This document shows, in pieces, positions 59,103 through 64,000 of a DNA stretch of 64,000 nucleotides. A model generated the notes under the pieces. It did not search any database, had not been told where the DNA came from, and was given only the letters and a program-made list of their open reading frames with translations. Origin of the DNA: Flavobacteriaceae bacterium (lineage in GTDB: Bacteria; Bacteroidota; Bacteroidia; Flavobacteriales; Flavobacteriaceae); assembly GCA_018608705.1 (NCBI GenBank), contig JABAZD010000046.1, positions 60,603 to 124,602 of the forward strand. Reading direction: 5' to 3'. Within the stretch, counting starts at the first letter, position 1; each line of letters opens with the position of its first letter. The position numbers and the translations under genes were made by a program.

Positions 59103-61949
59103 ATGGCTAAACAAAAACGATTATTTCTTTTAGATGCTTATGCTTTAATTTTTAGGGGATATTATGCGTTTATAAAAAACCCAAGAATTAATTCAAAGGG
59201 GCTTGATACCTCAGCAATTCTTGGTTTTACTAACTCATTGTTGGATGTTATTAAAAGAGAACGTCCCGACAACATAGCGGTATGTTTTGACAAGGGTGGT
59301 AGCAAGGATCGCGTAGAGATATTTAAGGAATATAAAGCAAATAGGGATGCAACTCCAGAGGGTATAAAGCTTGCGGTACCTTACATCTACAAAATTCTAG
59401 AGGCTATGAATATTCCTGCAATTGTCAAGGAAGGTTTTGAGGCCGATGACATTATTGGAACACTCGCCAAAAAAGCGGAAAAAGAAGGTTTTAAAACCTT
59501 TATGGTCACCCCCGATAAAGATTTCGCACAGTTAGTAAGTGAAAATATTTTCATGTACAGACCTATGTTTGGTGGGGGATATGAAACTTGGGGGATTGAT
59601 GAAATAAAAGAAAAATTTGAGATTGAAAACCCGCTTCAAGTTATTGACTTTCTAGGAATGAAAGGAGATGCTTCTGATAATATTCCAGGGCTCCCAGGAG
59701 TTGGAGATAAAACTGCAAAAAAATTACTTGCTCAGTACGGAAGTATGGAGAATCTTTTAGCCAATACTCATGAGCTTAAAGGTAAAATGAAAGAAAAAAT
59801 TGAAGCCAATGCCGAGCTTGGACTTTTATCTAAAAAACTAGCTACAATATTGCTAGATGTCCCTATAGAATTTAACGCCAAAAAATGTGAGTTAGGAGTT
59901 CCAAACTCTGAAAAAGTAGAGGCAATTTTTCAAGATCTGGAGTTCAGGCGTCTAATTGATAACTTCAACAAAACATTTGCAGTCAAAAACACAGAAGTGA
60001 CTACCTCAGCTGATCCGTCTACTTCAACACCTAAAAAGAGTATTGTCTCCACAACGTCCCAAGCAGGAGCTGGACAGTTTTCTTTATTTGGTAGCGACGA
60101 AAACGAAGCATCTTTGGCGTCTCAAAATTACGGAAGAGAAACAGCTCGTTCTACGGCTCATTTTTACCAAAATGTGACTGGTGAACTAGGTTTAAAGCTG
60201 TTCATAAAACAACTAATGATGCAGCCATCCGTTTGTTTTGACACTGAAACTACAGACCTAAATCCTCTTAAAGCAGAGCTCGTTGGCATATCTTTTTCAT
60301 GGGAAGCACACAAAGGGTTTTTTATCCCTTTTCCGGAAAATTTTGAAGATGCCAAACAACTAATCGAACTATTTCGTCCGTTTTTTGAATCAACTTCTAT
60401 TGAAAAAATTGGACAGAATTTAAAGTACGAAATTAAAGTTTTGCACAAATATAAAATTGATATTAAAGGGAATCTATTTGATACCATGATTGCGCATTAT
60501 CTAATCAATGCTGATATGCGACATGATTTGGGAGTATTGGCAGAAACCTACTTAAACTACACTCCTATTTCTATTGTGGATTTAATTGGAAAAAAGGGTA
60601 AAAACCAACTTTCAGTACGAGATGTTTCTCTTGAAAAACTTACAGAATACGCTGTTGAGGACGCTGACATTACTTTTCAACTGGCAAGTCATTTCAAAAA
60701 AGAATTAATAGACGCAAAAACATTAAAGTTGTTTAGTGAGATTGAAATCCCATTAGTGAAAGTACTAGCATCGATGGAGTTAGAGGGGATCAAATTGGAT
60801 ACTGCATTTTTGAAGTCTCTTTCAATTGAGCTTAATAATGACATCGCATCTCTTGAATCTAAGATATATGAGGCTGCAGGAGAAACCTTCAATATTGCCT
60901 CCCCTAAACAATTAGGAGTAATTTTATTTGAAAAATTAAAGCTAGTTGACAAGCCTAAAAAAACAAAAACTGGGCAATATAGTACAGCTGAAGATGTATT
61001 ATCCTATCTAGCAAAGGAACACACAATTATTCAGCACATATTAGAGTACAGAGGGCTAGCAAAGCTTAAAAGTACCTATGTGGATTCGCTTCCAGAACAG
61101 GTTTTAGACAGTACTGGACATATCCACACAGAATATATGCAAACGGTTGCCGCTACAGGGCGCTTAAGCAGTAATAATCCCAACTTACAAAATATTCCTA
61201 TTCGAACCGAGAGAGGGCGTCAAGTGAGAAAAGCATTTGTACCAAGGAGTGAAGAATACACACTTTTAGCAGCTGATTATTCGCAAATTGAACTAAGGGT
61301 AATTGCCGCTGTAAGCGAAGAAGAAACTATGATCGAAGCTTTCAAAAATGGTGAAGATATACATGCCTCCACCGCTGGTAGGGTATTTAATGTTCCAATA
61401 ACAGACGTGACTAGAGAGCAGCGTGGAAATGCTAAGACTGTAAACTTTGGGATTATTTACGGAGTCTCTGCTTTTGGACTAAGTAATCAAACTGACTTAA
61501 GCCGTTCTGAAGCGAAAGAATTAATTGAAACATATTATGAAACTTATCCAAAGCTTAGAAAATACATGAGCTCACAAGTAGATTTCGCAAGAGATCATGG
61601 TTATGTGACAACGCTGTCTAACCGACGCCGTTATCTTAAGGATATCAATTCTCGTAATGCTATTGTGAGAGGAGCGGCAGAACGAAATGCCGTTAACGCA
61701 CCAATTCAAGGCAGTGCTGCTGATATTATAAAAATTGCAATGATTAACATCTACAATAAACTTCAGGCGGGACCATATAAAACAAAAATGCTATTGCAAG
61801 TTCACGATGAATTGGTATTTGATGTTTATAAACCAGAGTTAGAAAACATGAAAAAGTTGATCAAGGAAGAAATGGAAAATGCCTACAAATTAAGCGTTCC
61901 TTTAGATGTTGAGATGGATATGGGCGCTAATTGGTTAGAAGCACATTAA
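59103..61949 (+). CDS. polA: DNA polymerase I
   Basis: 5'-3' exo (FEADDIIG, GDASDNIPG), FDTETT 3'-5' exo, ADYSQIELR, KTVNFGIIYG, QVHDELV. Confidence 0.98.
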   Translation: MAKQKRLFLLDAYALIFRGYYAFIKNPRINSKGLDTSAILGFTNSLLDVIKRERPDNIAVCFDKGGSKDRVEIFKEYKANRDATPEGIKLAVPYIYKILEAMNIPAIVKEGFEADDIIGTLAKKAEKEGFKTFMVTPDKDFAQLVSENIFMYRPMFGGGYETWGIDEIKEKFEIENPLQVIDFLGMKGDASDNIPGLPGVGDKTAKKLLAQYGSMENLLANTHELKGKMKEKIEANAELGLLSKKLATILLDVPIEFNAKKCELGVPNSEKVEAIFQDLEFRRLIDNFNKTFAVKNTEVTTSADPSTSTPKKSIVSTTSQAGAGQFSLFGSDENEASLASQNYGRETARSTAHFYQNVTGELGLKLFIKQLMMQPSVCFDTETTDLNPLKAELVGISFSWEAHKGFFIPFPENFEDAKQLIELFRPFFESTSIEKIGQNLKYEIKVLHKYKIDIKGNLFDTMIAHYLINADMRHDLGVLAETYLNYTPISIVDLIGKKGKNQLSVRDVSLEKLTEYAVEDADITFQLASHFKKELIDAKTLKLFSEIEIPLVKVLASMELEGIKLDTAFLKSLSIELNNDIASLESKIYEAAGETFNIASPKQLGVILFEKLKLVDKPKKTKTGQYSTAEDVLSYLAKEHTIIQHILEYRGLAKLKSTYVDSLPEQVLDSTGHIHTEYMQTVAATGRLSSNNPNLQNIPIRTERGRQVRKAFVPRSEEYTLLAADYSQIELRVIAAVSEEETMIEAFKNGEDIHASTAGRVFNVPITDVTREQRGNAKTVNFGIIYGVSAFGLSNQTDLSRSEAKELIETYYETYPKLRKYMSSQVDFARDHGYVTTLSNRRRYLKDINSRNAIVRGAAERNAVNAPIQGSAADIIKIAMINIYNKLQAGPYKTKMLLQVHDELVFDVYKPELENMKKLIKEEMENAYKLSVPLDVEMDMGANWLEAH

Positions 61950-61950
61950 A

Positions 61951-63162
61951 CTACATTTCTAATGACGTTATCACATCATTATCCATCAAAAACTCTTGAG
62001 GATTTTCAAGAGCTTCTTTAACTGCAACCAAAAACCCTACAGATTCTTTGCCATCAATTATTCTGTGGTCATACGATAAAGCTACATACATAATTGGTCG
62101 AATCTCTACCTTACCCTCAATAGCGACTGGACGCTCGACTATATTGTGCATCCCAAGAATTGCACTTTGAGGAGGATTAATAATTGGTGTTGAAAGCATG
62201 CTTCCAAATACACCTCCATTGGTGATTGTAAACGTGCCTCCAGTCATTTCATCCACTGTAATTTGACCATCACGCGCAAGAGTTGCCAAGCGCTTTACTT
62301 CCGATTCCACCCCTCTAAACGATAAGTCTTCTGCATTTCTAATTACTGGAACCATTAAGCCTTTTGGTCCTGAGACAGCAATACTAATATCACAAAAGTC
62401 ATAACTAATCATTTCTTTTCCATCAATCATCGAATTAACAGCTGGAAATAATTTTAAGGCGCGAACAACAGCTAGGGTAAAGAAACTCATGAATCCAAGA
62501 CCAACGCCGTGTTTTTCTTTGAATATTTCTTTGTATTGTTTTCTTAATGCGAAAATTGGAGACATATCAACTTCATTGAATGTCGTTAACATAGCTGTTT
62601 CGTTTTTGGCTGTTACCAAGCGTTCCGCAACTTTTCGGCGTAACATAGAAAGTTTAGATCGTGACACACCACGGCCTTCAATATTAATCTGCTGTCCCAT
62701 CGCTGGGACTGCCTTAACAGCGTCTTCTTTAGTAATTCGGCCATCTTTGCCTGTGCCTGAAATGGAAGTCGCTTCAATCCCTTTTTCAGAAAGTATTTTT
62801 TTAGCTGCTGGACTTGCAGATCCAGTAGCATAAGTTGTCTTAGTTGGCTCCTCAACCTTTAGTGGTTCAACAATTTCTGAATTTGTTAATGATACTTTAG
62901 TAGTGTCTGCTGACTCTGGTTTTGAAGCACTTGTATCAATAAGACAAACAATCGCTCCAACTTCAACAGCATCTCCTACCTCTGCTTTGAAAGTTACGGT
63001 TCCACTGGCTTCAGCTGGTAACTCTAAGGTTGCTTTATCACTATCTACCTCTGCTATGGCTTGATCTTTTTCAACATAATCTCCTTCTTGAATTAGCCAT
63101 TCTGCAATCTCAACTTCTGTAATAGATTCACCTGGTGAAGGCACTTTCATTTCTAAAATCAT
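61951..63162 (-). CDS. sucB: 2-oxoglutarate dehydrogenase E2
   Basis: Lipoyl SDKA, PAAKK E3-binding, [24 protein letters not shown]. Confidence 0.96.
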   Translation of the reverse strand: MILEMKVPSPGESITEVEIAEWLIQEGDYVEKDQAIAEVDSDKATLELPAEASGTVTFKAEVGDAVEVGAIVCLIDTSASKPESADTTKVSLTNSEIVEPLKVEEPTKTTYATGSASPAAKKILSEKGIEATSISGTGKDGRITKEDAVKAVPAMGQQINIEGRGVSRSKLSMLRRKVAERLVTAKNETAMLTTFNEVDMSPIFALRKQYKEIFKEKHGVGLGFMSFFTLAVVRALKLFPAVNSMIDGKEMISYDFCDISIAVSGPKGLMVPVIRNAEDLSFRGVESEVKRLATLARDGQITVDEMTGGTFTITNGGVFGSMLSTPIINPPQSAILGMHNIVERPVAIEGKVEIRPIMYVALSYDHRIIDGKESVGFLVAVKEALENPQEFLMDNDVITSLEM

Positions 63163-63169
63163 TGTGTGT

Positions 63170-64000
63170 TTATTTTAGTTTTTTTCTTTGATTGTCTTTT
63201 GTTTTGTCAAAAACAAAGTTAATGATTTCTTGGTGTCTCTTTTTAGAACGTGTAGCACTTCCTGCGGCAGGTGCGCTATAACTTCTTCTTGATGCGACTC
63301 TCCAGTTTTTTACATCGTCTATGTGCATTAACATATGAGCATACGCCCCCATGTTTCTAGGCTCTTCTTGAGCCCAAACAATATCTTCTGCATTTTTATA
63401 TTTGCTTATCACTGCCTTGATTTCACTTTCTGGTAATGGAAATAATTGTTCAATACGAACTAGTGCAACATCTGTTTTCTTAAGATTTTCTTGCGCTTCT
63501 AATAAATCATAGTAAAATTTACCCGTTACAAATACTAATGTTTTGACTAAGCTTGCTTTAGAAGTTGCATCGTCAATTAGCATTTGAAAACTTCCATTTG
63601 CAAAATCGTCAACTGATGAAACCACTTTTGGATGGCGTAATAAACTTTTTGGAGTGAATACAACTAAAGGTTTTCTGTAATTTGCCTTTAATTGGCGTCG
63701 CAGTAAGTGAAACATATTTGCAGGAGTAGTACAATCTGCAATAAACATATTGTCTTTTCCACAAAGCTGCAGATAACGCTCCATTCGACCAGAAGAATGC
63801 TCAGCTCCCTGACCTTCGTAGCCGTGTGGCAACAACATTACAATCCCATTAGGAGTTTTCCATTTATCCTCTCCACATGAGATGTATTGATCGATCATAA
63901 TTTGAGCCCCATTACTAAAATCTCCAAACTGAGCTTCCCAAATAGTAAGAGTATTTGGACTTGCCATAGCATAACCATAATCAAATCCTACAACTCCATA
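63170..64000 (-). CDS. sucA: 2-oxoglutarate dehydrogenase E1, 3' part (continues beyond window)
   Basis: [38 protein letters not shown]; frame open to base 64000. Confidence 0.95.
   Translation of the reverse strand, partial: YGVVGFDYGYAMASPNTLTIWEAQFGDFSNGAQIMIDQYISCGEDKWKTPNGIVMLLPHGYEGQGAEHSSGRMERYLQLCGKDNMFIADCTTPANMFHLLRRQLKANYRKPLVVFTPKSLLRHPKVVSSVDDFANGSFQMLIDDATSKASLVKTLVFVTGKFYYDLLEAQENLKKTDVALVRIEQLFPLPESEIKAVISKYKNAEDIVWAQEEPRNMGAYAHMLMHIDDVKNWRVASRRSYSAPAAGSATRSKKRHQEIINFVFDKTKDNQRKKLK

Noticed and set aside
517-62855. Many short ORFs in the track that overlap long genes (e.g. 517-747, 9408-9707, 21135-21530, 26579-26905, 47521-47835, 60164-60487)
   Set aside because: Antisense or off-frame shadows of well-supported core genes, with no recognizable motifs
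1-64000. CRISPR array, IS or integrase, prophage
   Set aside because: No repeat-spacer periodicity and no transposase, integrase or phage proteins seen

Overview
AT-rich, densely packed chromosomal window from a Bacteroidota genome, most likely Flavobacteriaceae. This placement rests on the SprA/T9SS gene, the ACIII-aa3 operon and TAnnTTTG promoters. Most of it is core genes: truncated tryptophan 2,3-dioxygenase, PlpD-like patatin, uvrC, rimK, ileS-dksA-lspA, an exbB/exbD cluster, tRNA-Ser(GGA), ansA, tatD, tonB, gcvH, sprA, ruvA, maeB, ggt, queG, ruvB, the actA-F/coxII/coxI respiratory operon, rimP-nusA-infB, tRNA-Gln(TTG), a DUF2723 GT-C protein, polA and odhB/odhA. I saw no CRISPR array, transposase or integrase. 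The best candidate for an undescribed system is the five-gene operon at 49635-52165, divergent from tRNA-Gln. It encodes a membrane protein, a winged-helix regulator, DUF2141, an ABA4-like (DUF4281) protein and a His-motif membrane protein. Its canonical promoter is overlapped by a perfect 20-bp palindrome that looks like an operator. Other points of note: a terminator-type attenuator in the rimP-nusA-infB leader, a queG with no canonical start codon, an IleRS with a GVHH signature, a Cys-free thioredoxin, His-rich segments in ActF and CoxI, and apparently leaderless uvrC, tatD and ruvB. All family calls are from motif recognition by eye. No database searches were run.
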